In this document: positions 12,850-25,080 of the stretch, one piece after another
Layout: every line of letters starts with the position of its first letter
How positions within the stretch are numbered: the stretch's first letter is position 1
DNA from: Camelus ferus
Lineage: Eukaryota
Assembly (NCBI RefSeq): GCF_009834535.1
Contig: NC_045696.1
Span: 67,458,001-67,522,000 of the forward strand
Direction of reading: 5' to 3'
Length of the DNA: 64,000 bases
The notes under the pieces: generated by a model
The model's input: the letters and a program-made list of their open reading frames with translations, nothing else
What the model was told of the DNA's origin: nothing
The model's database searches: none
Made by a program: the position numbers and the translations under genes

Positions 12850-15330
12850 TATTACATCATGAAATACATGATACACAATACAAACTATAATTTATAGTAG
12901 TAAAATGAACGCCTATGAACCCACAATCCGGCTAAAGAAATCTAATATTAGTATTAGATTAACACTAGTAACAGCTCTGTCATGTCTTTCACCCATCACA
13001 TCTCCCTCCTTTTGTCCTGCCTCCACAGGATGTATTTCTATTTCTATATCTGTATAGATAGGTATGGCTGCATATGTATCTCCTTAGCATAATTGATTGT
13101 GCTTGTTTTAAACTTTTCTACAAATGATATGATAGGAATATATCTATGCTTTTATGACTTTTTTTCTTCTAATTATGTTTCTTAGAATTGACCATATAGT
13201 TTTATTCAACAGTAGTGGATTCATTTCACTGTTATACATTATCCTGGTGCAGACAGACTCTTATTTACTTAGCAGTTCTCCTTGGATGGACATTTGTGTT
13301 ATCTGCAGCTTTTGGCTGTTACTCACAGGACAACTCTGTGCATCTTGGTACAAGCCTTTGGAACACATGGGCAGGAGCAGAATTGCTGGTCGTTGGATTG
13401 CCACATTTTCATCTTTATTAGATAACGCTAATTTATTTTCCAAAGTGATTTTAGCTATTTATACTTCCACTGATATTGTATAGAAATACCATTGCTCCAC
13501 ATCATCTCCAGTACTTGACATCATCAGCCTTTTAGATTTTTGCTGCTGCTGTTGGTATGAAATGGTAACCCACACTGGTTTTCATCTGCATTTCCCTAAG
13601 GACGAATATAATTGTTCTTTCATAGGTCAATTGGCCCTTTGTATTTTCTCTCCCCTAAAATGTCTATTCGTGCGCCTATTTTTCTATTGAGTTTTCTTTT
13701 TCTTAAAAATTCTTTGTTATATTCTGGAGAGTAATCCTTTGTCTTTTTATGTCTGGCAAGTAGCTTTTCCCAGCTTGAAGCTATTATGAGTCTTTTGATT
13801 AACTCCATTTCTTAATTTTAATGGCGTTTAAATTATTAATTATTTTATTTACAGCTTTAATGTTTTTTATTTGGTTCAAGAAATCCTTTGTAACTAAAAG
13901 GTCATGATTGTTTTAAATAGGTCTTAAAGTTTTGTCTACAGGAGTCAGGCACTGGGTGTTATATTATTCCACATGAAAACCAGTTATTCCAGCATCTCCC
14001 CTTGCCACAGTGATCTGCAATATCATTTATGTCATATATTGTTACCATAAATGAATGGTCTTATTTTAGGTTCTCAGCAGTCATCCATTTAGATTATATA
14101 TGTCTTTTTTTTTAATACAAATAATACACTGCCTTTATTACTGTAGCTTTATAGAAAGTCATATCTGGTAAAGAAAATTACCCTTCCTTATTCTTTAAAA
14201 ATTTATTGGGTATTTTGGGTAGGGTATTTCCTAGTAAGTTTTAGAATCAGTTTGCCAAAGTCCATAAACTTAGATTAGTATTCTGTTAAATCTGTGAATC
14301 AATTTAGGAAGAACTTACATTTTTATGACATTATTTCCCTATCTTTGAAGATGGTCTATCTTTCCACTTACTTAGATCTACGTTAATATCTTTTAATGAA
14401 GTTCTGTGGTTTTCCTCATTAAGGTATTTTATATTTTATAAAAGATATTCTTAGGTGCTTCACACTTTTTGTCACTATTATATATGGTTTGTTAAAAATA
14501 CATTATCAAACTCTTTGTGGCTATTGCACAGAAGTAAGATGCAATTATGGTATATCAATGTTATATCCAGCAAACCTGCTAAACTTAATTTTTATTTTTT
14601 TTAAATTATAGTTGATGTACAATACTGTGTTAGTTCTAGGTGTACAGCATGGTGATTTGGCAATCAGATGCATTAAGAAATGATCACCACAATAAGTCCA
14701 GTAACCATCTGTCACCATACAAAATTACCAGGGTATTATTGTTTTTTATGCTGTATGTTACTGTGACTTACTTTATACTGGAAGTTTGTACCTCTTGGTC
14801 CCCTTCATTTATTTCACCCAACACCCACTCCCTCCCCTCTTGCCATCACCAATTTGCTCGATCTATAAGTCTGTGTAATGTTAATTATTGGTGTGTTATT
14901 TTTGGGTTTCTGTGTATAGTTTTCTGTGGTTATATCATCTATGAGCAATGGCAGCTTGGTTTCTTGCATTCTTTTCTTTGTATCTTTTATTCATGTTTCT
15001 GTTATAACCATACTGGTTGGAATCTTCAGTACAAAGTTGAATAGAAGTGTTGACAGCAGGTATCCTCCTGTTTACGATTTGAAATAATTACTTCTAAGGT
15101 TTCACTATGTGGAGCCATTTTTGCATAGGTAGACTTTAGTCAAGGAAGTCTCCTTCTATTCCTAGTTTGCTAAGAGGTTGCTCTTTTATGAATGTTTTGC
15201 TGTATTACAATCTTTTTCTACATCTATTAGGAAATTATGATCATAACGTTTTTCTATTTTGTTTTGTGAAAGTGGTGAATTAATCAACTTTCTCATGTTT
15301 AGCTTCTCCTATATTCCTGGGATAAACTAT
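12850..15330 (-). mobile_element. Old degraded L1 (L1M-type), about 2.5 kb
   Basis: T-rich antisense L1 motifs: ggttttcatctgcatttccctaa, ttactgtagctttata, ttttagaatcagtttgccaa, cagtacaaagttgaatagaagtg, ccttctattcctagtttgctaagag. Confidence 0.8.
14588..14860 (-). mobile_element. Younger L1 3' end nested inside the old L1
   Basis: Poly-T followed by aattatagttgatgtacaatactgtgttagttctaggtgtacagcatggtgatt...aagtttgtacctctt. Confidence 0.7.
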
Positions 15331-16894
15331 AAGCTCAACTTCTTTGAGATTGAACTGTATGGTTACCAGTGTCTTTGCTCACCATTTCTTGTTGCATCAC
15401 CAATGTTCCTTCCTGGTTCATTTTCTTTCTTCCTGACATGTATCTTTTAGAATTCCTTTTAGTTAGGGCCTATGGACATTAAGCCCTTTCAGCTTTTGTT
15501 CATTTTTTAAATGTCTTTCTTTTTCTTAGAAATAGAAATTGTAGATAAAACTCTTTTCCTACTGTCTTCCACATTATTGAAGTTATCAGTATGATAGCGC
15601 AGGACTGAGAGTCAGCCCAGGACACAAGGTCCAGCCTTGTAATTAAATTATATTGTGACCTTAGGCGAATCCTTTCCTATCTCTGGGACTTAGTATTTCC
15701 TCACAAAATCAGAGAACATGGTAAGGACCCTCTAGCTCTCACATTGGATGAATACGGGCAAATAAATGTATGTACAGCGTTAAAATATGGAGTGGTGGAG
15801 GAGGCAAAGAACATAAAGTGAGTAATCTGAGAAAATAAGAGAAAGGAAAGCCAAGGGGGCATGTTACATGCTCTTCTTTGTGTACAACTTTCTGGCAAGA
15901 AGTTACGAATTCTCTGCACCCCAGTGATGCACCTCTCATCTGTTACTTCAGAGATGCACTTTGTGTGCACCTGGCACCTTTGAAAATGACAGCGCCTCAC
16001 AGAGCTCTGGCCCCTGGGCTCTCAGACCCGTCGGCATTAGTAGGCTGAAATGTGAGGTTGGAGAGCCAACCCAAAGCCTAAGCGGGAAGGAGAAGCGATC
16101 TCCTTTTCTGAATTTCATGGAAGGAGTTTCGTGTTCTCTCTACTGCTAGTCACTCTTGAGTCAGGCTAGGCTGGGGGTCGGGGTACTGGGTTCTCTTGCA
16201 GACCTCTTCCTTTAAAAAATGGAAAAAAAATATGTATGGTCATTTGGGTTGTTACCTTTATTTCTCACATTCTTAACACTTTCATCTATAAAATGAGGGT
16301 AAACTCATTCCAGATCACAGGGCTATTAACAGTAAGCAGTGAAGCCTTTAAAAAATGCTGAGTTACACTCTCCCATGTGTCTGATAGATTCTTCCTTTCT
16401 TCTTCCCAGTTATTTGCGTCCATATCATCAGCTCTACTAGACTACAGACTTCTTGAAAGCAGGAGCGATGTCTGATTTATATCCATCTCCTTCAAGACGC
16501 CTAGCACAGAGCAGATTCTCAGTGTCAGAAAAGTATGCGTAGCACAGATGGCGTAAAAGTGCGAAAAGTCAACCAGCTGTTAGCGCTGCAGGTGGAGAAT
16601 CTCTCGTTCTTACCCCCACCCCTCACAGGAACTGACTGACTTGGATCCGACTTTAAAAGGGAAAAGTTCTTCCCCTGAAAGGTTAAGACAAGGAGTGGTC
16701 AAGTAATTCTAGAACATGTCTAACCTGAAGGTCTGTGCTCAAGAGTGGAGAAGAGTAGGTGTTTCGTACGCTTGTTGGCATCACATTTGCTTTGAGAGAC
16801 GTTCCCTCTCTCAGGAGAACATATGGAAAGCAATGAGGTAAAAAAAATGAATCACAGTAAAAGAGGGCTGGAAGGAAGGAGGCGGGAGCTGTCC

Positions 16895-17014
16895 CACTCA
16901 AAAAGAATTCCACACACAGGCAAGTAAACGTAGTGAGTTTATTGGATTTCTAAATATAATGACGTAGTTGCGATTCTTTAACAGAAAAAAAGGAATATAA
17001 TTTTCATATTTATT
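16895..17014 (-). terminator. Distal polyadenylation signals of LPP
   Basis: Plus-strand TTTATT (AATAAA on minus) at 17009-17014 and 16938-16943. The latter is followed on minus by ctcactacgtttacttgcctgtgtgtggaattcttttt, a GU/U-rich downstream element. Confidence 0.75.
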
Positions 17015-20000
17015 CTTATACAGCGTTGGAAAAACATAATTGATAGAAAAAACTGATAGAAGGTAAATAGAAACATGATTTAATATAGTTGGTAATGTAT
17101 AAATACAAAAGAAAATACCCAAATCACTTGCTTATAACAGGTTCTATCCTCTTACCAGGAGGGCTATTTTGGGTAGATCAGTGATGGTTCATGATGTAGT
17201 GGCGAAATGCAATTTGCTAAGAATAAAAAAGAGAAATCTGTGTTCTGGGAATACCATGGCCCTGCCAGTAGCACACACATGAAAAAAGGCATACTCCGTA
17301 TATGTTTTTGTGTGGCTTTCTCTAAGTCAAAGAATGTCATTCAGACCAGCAGCTGATCATGGCGGGGCTATGCCTGTACTTAGGAGGAAGTTCTTGCTCT
17401 TTGACACATTTAATACAGAGAAAACCTGGCTTCTCCTCTTCTCCCCCTTCTCCTTGATCTATCCACTTATAAATACCATTTAACATTTAATGTAAAACTC
17501 TCTCATAGTCACGATCAGACTGAAACCTGGAGCAAAGCCATGCGATGCTCTTTCCCGGTCCATCTTGGATCCAAGGAGGAAAAACTGTGTGGGAAAAACT
17601 CTGTGTGTCCTGATGCCCCTTCTGATATCATATAGAGATTTCTGAGCTCTTATCTAACACTAACATCTCTCTAAAAAGTAGAAATTGACTAGTATTGAAA
17701 TTGCATAAGGTAAGAACAGAACAAGAACATCAACAGGAAGAGTGGACAGTTTTTGTGAAGAGTATCACTGTCTCCAAGGAGACAAATGGTCTCGTAACAT
17801 GACAACTCAGGAAGGTGGTCCATCCTCTTGAAATTAATGAAACGGTGACACCCCCCCCACCCCAGTTTAAGTAGTGGAGCTCCTGAGATGGCAAACGGAA
17901 GGATGGCTGCCTGCAACGGCATGGAAAGCATCTTCCACCCCTTATCCTCCTTCCCTTCCATTTGGTGAAACTGGGTGGGACAGGAGACAACTTTACAACC
18001 AAGAGGATGCCAAGAGCTTCCTTGGGAACAGGCTAACTGGAGGTATCTTGCTTTCCCAAAGCAGAGGCGGAACCAAGTGAACATGGAACCAACTGACTTA
18101 GAAGGGAAGAGAGCGACTTGGCAAGTGGGATTTGCCAGCTGGTTGAGTCAGACGACACATTGAGAAAGATCTTTTTTGGAAGCACGTCCTCCCTTCAACC
18201 CTTTTCCTAAAATCACACAGTCCACCTCGTCCCACTTACTGGAGCCCTCTCCTACTGCCGCACCTGGGGAAGAATCCGTCTTCCTAGGCTGTGCTGCTGC
18301 TCCACGGACAAGAGCTGCAGCCACGATGCCAGGGACAGACCATGGAAACAAAAGCCATTAGACAACATATGCTACTATTTTGAAGAATCAAAGTAGAGAG
18401 ATGCTCTAAGGATCTGGCAAGGGCATCTGGCCCCCTGAGCCTCCCATTCTCAGGAGCCAAGACTTTTCTTTAGTTTTCACTGATGTTAGCCTGAGAGAGG
18501 AAAGGGGAAGCGATGTGCTGACATGCTAAACCCACCAATGCTTAGTTTATAAAACACACATATGACACATACCCTAATACAGATCCTGGCTCATTAATTC
18601 TCTTCGACAATTCTTTTTCCTGACTGAATGTTCCAATTCCAGAAAGCACATATTCCCTTGAGGGAGAGGACAGGAAGCCTCAGCGCTGTGCCACCATCCA
18701 GGAGGATATAAATACAAAGTGGCTGTATCAGCAAGGGATGCGCAGGGAATGAGCTTGCAGTCTGTTCCATGGTGCCACTCGGGAGGCGATACTGGAAATG
18801 AGTGACTTTCTTCCCTTTGGCAAGGCTTCCTTATCTTAGCACCTACTCCTTTCGATGGTGTGTTTTTGAAGGCTTCACGGTCTGACTCTGGGTGCCGTGT
18901 GTACAGACATATGTAGGAATAACGTTTATGTTTCTCAGAATAGGCACTTTTTGAAGGCAGTAAATCTAAAAGTAAAGTTAATAGAGCCTATATTTAGTGC
19001 TCATCTTCTCACTTTGCTGATGTGTATGCTGAACAGAAGATCACAGATTTGAGTCAGTCTCGCAAAGAGGCCGGAGTCGGCAAATGGCTCTATTCAGAGC
19101 TGGGGAAGTCTTGCCAACTCAACTGTAGCTGTTAAAAGGCAGACTTGGAGAAGGTGCAATCGTTTTTCTCAAAGGTGACAGCACAGAAGGAGAAAAGCCT
19201 GTGACAAAGCCATGAAATAAAAGCTGGTGTGTGCGGCTCAGAGAAAATTACCATCCTTGGGCTCTGTGTCTTTGCACCACGTCTACTTGACGGCACAGAG
19301 TTGCTACCCAGAAAGTTCTTCCTTTCCCTTCCCTTTTTTGGGGGGGCGCGTCTCATAATCCCAGCAGAGAAAGAGCCAGCCCCAAATCTGCAAAACTAAC
19401 AATAAAGTGAAATTTAAAAGGCAAAACAAAAAATGGAGTAATTAGTTGCACAGGTAACATGGTAAAATTCCCACCCTACATCCAGCGGTGACACTTTTGC
19501 ATCTAGTTAGAATCTTTGCTTAAGGCACATGAAATCATGTAATTTTTTTAATGCTAAATAATCAGACAATCGATGTCATCCTTAATTCTGTTTGCTCGTT
19601 CATCTGCTTCCTGAACACGAATGAGGACTAATTCAGAGGTTGGGGAGGTGTGCGTTCTCACTTTAAGATGAAATAATTCTTGGATCATTTGTTCATCAGC
19701 TTTCCCAACAGAATAAACGGGTACTGAAAGGAAGAAAGTCATTTCACCATGGCTTTGCGACTGCTTCGTTATAAACTGTTGGTGGGTGACGAGATTTAGC
19801 TTCCAGGGCCCTAAATATCCTTCATCAAGGATACAGCTCAGTTCAGATATTTCAGTTGAGTAAGAAGGCTGGCACAGCCTACACCAGTTCTGATCTGCCA
19901 CCTTGTGAGGAGAGTCCAAGGCACTTTGACGCTTCCTGGCACGCTCACCCGGACAGGCTGATGGAGCGGCACTCGCCTACACACTCAGCACAAGGTGTAC

Positions 20001-20934
20001 AGGCCTAGTAAAATGCAAACACTGCCCAAGTATCAACTCGCCTTTTACTGTTTGAAAGTTAAAATATGAGGCCATTCCTATTGTTGGCATTTAAATGATA
20101 AAATCTCTTCCTCTCAAAGTCTGTATTTGAAGGAATGAGACATGTTGGCAGATACATCACAACCTGGCTGAGCTCTTCTACTTCTGGTTTATAATTACTA
20201 AGTGATCATCACTGTTACCCAAAGAGAAAGAGAGATCAAAAGGAACTGGATTTTTTTTTCCCTTTAGATTTGTCTCCAAGAAAGAAAAAAAAAAACAAGA
20301 GAAATATATCCAAGAAAAGCTACTTCGCCCTCTTTTGCATTTTCTAAATGACTTCAGAAATGGAGTGAAATAATTTGGCGTGGAAAGACATTCAGGCTTA
20401 ATATTTACTCCCTCGTGATGGAGGGAAAGGAGTCCAAAAAGCAACGATTTTTCTTACGCCTCAGTCTGAAGCGAAGCAGACCCCGAACAAAGTGGCGACA
20501 CAATGCATCAACACTAATCGCCCAGGAATAATCCTTTATCCTTTTCCCAACAGATAGAAATGTAAAGAGAGAATCAAGCAGGAGGGATAAATACCTTCGA
20601 TTCCACCCCCACCTCAAATTGCTCTGGCATATTTTAAGAGATAAATGGAGCCGTACAAAATTTAAATAGCTTTTTCTTTTCTTTTTTGGCAGCCACAAAA
20701 ATGGGTCAGGTCTAGAAATTATTAGTTTCTTGGCCTGAAAAATCCAAGTGTTTTAAAATAAGATTTCCTTTTTGAAAGATCAGCTCTCTTGGAAGATGCC
20801 TGTGTGTGTATGTGTGTGAGTTTGTGTGTGTGCGTGCACGTGTGGGCACTCACGTGCATGGGTGTGTATTTTGAAGACAGCACTGTGGTATTTTCCCTAA
20901 GTAAGAGGGGGGCAATGTTGTGTAGAATGGGGGA

Positions 20935-21049
20935 AGGAAAAAAAAAAGAGTAATTTCTTTTATACTATGTAAAGATAAATCAGAGTTTATGGCGCCTTTT
21001 ATTTTTATTTAAAGGGCTGCTTTTTCATATTCACAGCCTCACATTTATT
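20935..21049 (-). terminator. Candidate internal (alternative) poly(A) signal cluster
   Basis: Three AATAAA on minus (plus TTTATT at 21044-21049, 21004-21009, 20998-21003), followed downstream on minus by a U-rich tract. Confidence 0.4.
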
Positions 21050-22419
21050 CCGACAAGACATCACAGGTTCCAGCCAAGTGAGTCTCTGACTCAGGAGTAC
21101 TCACCTAGATAATTCTGAAAATTTCTCAAAATGCTGCCTGTACTAAGCCACTCCTGTGCTGGGGGTCGCCATTTCTTCCACAGGAATCATTTTCCGCTCC
21201 GTCAATCATAACATTCATTACACCTCACGGGAAGATGCAGCACCTTTCCAGGGTCTGAATGTTGCCAGCTCAGCCAGGGCTACTCCCCAGTTGGCCCCAC
21301 CGGCACCTCCTGTATTTTCCAGGTGTGAAGATTGGAGAGGGGTGAGGGGCCATCTGTTATTCAACCTGCCCCTCGTGAATCCCAGGGAAATTAAGCAGGT
21401 GGATGATGAGACCTCCATGATGGATGGTGGATCTAGGAAGGGAAAATGACTAGAAAGCTTAATAGGTAAGATCATCTTAAAGGTTCCCTGCAGTAGATTT
21501 GACTCAGATAAAGAAATAATATTTATCAGTTAGCAGATTTTAACTTAAAGCCAAACAACTATAAGGAGACATGGGGAGGAAATACAACCCCAAGTGCACA
21601 CATCAAAAGTCACAGCTTCCTGAGGGGTGCAGCTCAAGGGAAGGACCGCCCAGCTGTGGACCTGCCACATGGAACGGGTTCTAGAATAACATGCTCAGGC
21701 TTCCAAGTCAGTCCGCTGGGAACGCGCAGTACCAGACCCCCCGTGATAAGCACACACAAATCACAGAACGACAACAGCTGGGGAAGCCAGGCTATCAAAT
21801 GGCAAAAGCCAAGTCACAGGACTGCAACGAGTCCCAGGGCATTTGTTCACAGGCATCTCGAGGTCAGGGTCGGTCGGTCGGCTCGATCATGCCTGATGCT
21901 GTCATATTCTTGGTGGGCCTCGAATAAGTGTGGCCGGAGAGAGAATCTGCCCTGTTTACCCACAGCGGTTCCTGCCTCTGTGGGGCACACACCCTGGCCC
22001 ACCGGAGACAGGCTTGTCTGAAGGATCACATCACCTCCACACTCCACTGAATTCTAAATGATTCGGTCTCGGCTGATATTCTGAACCTCACAGTTCCAGA
22101 GAATTTTTCAGTTAATGCAAAGCAAACCACTGTCTCTGGGGAAACTTGCCGCAGCGAACTTCAGGCCTGCTGTGTGTGTTCCTAGCGGTGGCCTGTCCTC
22201 ACTGACTCCACCGCGCTGCCCATCAGACAGAACACCTGGCAGTTTCCCACAAGATGACACAGAAAAGGCACGCAAGCTCCAGATGGTCTCTGCCACCTGC
22301 CAGCGAAGTGACCTATGGGGGCACGGGGGTCTGCAAGAAGCACACGTCGTGCCCTCTGTGCCCTGAGAGCCACGCCTGCAGAGGGCACGGGAATGCCAAG
22401 ACCTGGGGACGTCCCCAAA

Positions 22420-22570
22420 TCTGCCATTTACCGGCTCTATTGCTTTTGGCAAGTCACTTAACGATTCTGAACCTCAGCTTTCTCTTCCAGGATAGGGCTA
22501 TTAATAACCTTCCTCCCAGGGCTGTTCTACGTGCGAAAGCAGTTTGTAAGCTCTCTTAGGAGTTATTATT
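22420..22570 (+). mobile_element. MIR inside the 3' UTR
   Basis: ctgccatttac...ttggcaagtcacttaacgattctgaacctcagctttctc...ttaataacct. Confidence 0.65.
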
Positions 22571-24499
22571 TTAGAGCTCAGAAAGCCACCTCCCGGTCCT
22601 GCCCAGGGGGCTGGTGGCAGGTTCTGACATCAGGGCTCTCGAATTCCAGGCAGGGGTGGAAGAGTCTGCAAGCCTGGTTCTCTCAGAGACCAGACGATGC
22701 TACTGCAGCTCCACAGGAACTCAGGACAGTAATGAAAGAATTTACACATTTCTGCAGAAAACCAGAACATAATAGAACCTCCGTCTTTCGCACAGAACAA
22801 CTGGCCAGAAGTAATACATTTCAGCAGGACCATGATCTTCTGCTTTTGAGGCTTTCCTTGTTAGAAGTGGAGATCACACACTGACATTTCCTCACATTTC
22901 AGGGTCACTATCAGCAGGTGGGATGACGAGTGTATTTCATGGGTTAGTTACTGGGAGGAGCTACATAACAACTGTCAGAACAGTTTGTCTTTTGAATAAG
23001 AAAGTAAAAACCACAACCCCAAACTCAGAAACTCTAAAACCTGACCCTCAGAAAATCCTTCAGACTATTTTTAAGGATGTTTAAGGATATTTATAATCCT
23101 TCAGCTAAAAAAAAAAATCAAAGTTTTGTTTTTAAATATGTTGCTAAAAACAAAATATATTTGGAAAGAAAACAGAGGGAAGAAGCACATTTTGTTATGT
23201 ACTAAAGATTAATTTTGTGTGGCACCAAGGAGCACCTAAGCCCCGGAGTCTGGTTCTGGAGCCTGGAACAAAGTGTGATGGAGGAAATGGAAGAGCTTAA
23301 GAAGTAATGAGCTTCTTGATGCAGGTGACGTTTAAGTAGAGTCTGGATTATCCCTTAGCAATAAATCTGTAAGGGAATCGTAACATCAAGTGGACCGAGA
23401 AGCAATAGGAAAAGAGTCATCTTGTTCATAGTCTTGTGGGGGCTCAAAAGACAGGGTGTTCAAGAGTGCAGTATGTAGCTATGAGCTGATATGAATATCC
23501 GTTTGTATATTATCAAAAAATGTTCCGATTCATGCTGTAAGTACTGGATTATATTTTGACAGCTTTTCCTATCTTACAGTTATATAGATATGGAAAAGCA
23601 AATAACAATTGAATCAACCTTCCTCTATGCTTTTCAACTTCTCACTGACCCCAAGTATCTGGAAGCCACTTCTCCTGATAAGGACCTTCCAGAATCTGTA
23701 AAGCAGAGGGTTTTCTGTGGGTATAACCTATGCTCTCCTGTTGTTTCTGGTGCCTTAAATATTCCTCTCTCAACTTCTAAATCAAGCCGATGAATCAGTA
23801 CAAGATTTCTTAACAAATTTCACTCTTCCAGGAAGCGTCACTGATGCCACTGGGAAGAATTACTTTTGCTGATGCTACACTCCTTCCTCTGGAGTACAGA
23901 CGGAACCTCTTTGATCTCACTGCAGTTGGCCTGAATCGAAGTTACTTAGGGGCTGATTCCCTTAGAGTGATTATTAAATTGAGTAGATGAGTAAAAGATA
24001 AAGATGTTAGAAGATAAAAGTATAGAGAAAATGTGGACTGCTAAGGACACTTCCTGACTGACTGAGCAGGGAAGTTGCTCACTTGATCTGAAGTGCAGCA
24101 TCTCCAGGTACAAACATTTGTTCAAAGAAGATGAAAGCTAGTCTCAAAAATCAATCAGCCAGAAACATTTATGTGGAAATTTTGAAGTGCCCAGGACTCT
24201 TTTTGCATATGCAGTACGGGAACATGGACAAGACAGGTCTTACTCTTGAAAAGACAAAGATAAAGGGAAAAGGTTGGAAGACTCTGTGAACGCTGACCAA
24301 GAAGTGGGACTTTCATGGATGACACAAGCACCAGCTCGCTTCCTAGTCTCAGACTGACTTTGACTTTGGGAACGTCAAAATCAGTAAAGGCCATGCCTGT
24401 TCTGCTCACGTGGGAGACCTATCCTCCTCCATCCTCCACTCTCCTGGGTCTGAGTCCTTGGGGGGATGTCCACATTGAATATTAGTTTCCTTTGGATGA

Positions 24500-25080
24500 T
24501 TCCAATTCTACTTACTTTCAGCCCTGAAAAAAGTGGTGTTATCTGGCCTGATCCAAAATGATTGCTACATTTCATTGAGTAGATTGAAATAAAATTAGGA
24601 AATATTGTTGAGTCCAACTGTTCAAAGGAGAAGCAGAAGGGTGATCGGACTTGATACCATGTCACTAAATGAGGAAAGCTGAAAGAGTAGTGATATCCAA
24701 CCTAGAGACCAAGATTTAGGCATTAGACTTCTTTTGTAGCTTCAGAGCCAGAGTTTCATTTAACAAATGGAAGAATTTTCATAGAAAAAAGCTGCCCCAA
24801 TGGTAGAAGGGACTGCTGCGAATGGTACTACATACCGGCCAGGTCTAGAAAATGTGGGAGGGTGACTTGTCAGCAAAATAACAGGAGATTCAGATCCTTA
24901 AAGGACCCATGAGTCTATGTGTAGAACAGCACTGGGGCTTGGGGTCAGCTATGACCCTCTACACTGGTACAGAACACAAGATGACATAGTGAAACCTGGC
25001 TCAATCTTCGTAGATCATTCTACTCCTGGGGCTGAAAACTGAATTTAGAAGCTGTGTTCAGTACCAAGTTGCTTGAATGT
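24500..25080 (+). mobile_element. Ancient CR1/L3-like remnant inside the 3' UTR
   Basis: aaggagaagcagaagggtgatcggacttgataccatgtcac...gaggaaagctgaaagag...caacctagagaccaagatttagg. Confidence 0.45.

Noticed and set aside
14640..15044. 134-aa hydrophobic ORF
   Set aside because: It is antisense L1 sequence, and the T-richness explains the hydrophobic translation.
1..16890. Separate protein-coding gene downstream of LPP
   Set aside because: Only short ORFs of 60-134 aa occur, with no recognisable homology or consistent splice-flanked exons. A lncRNA cannot be excluded from sequence alone.
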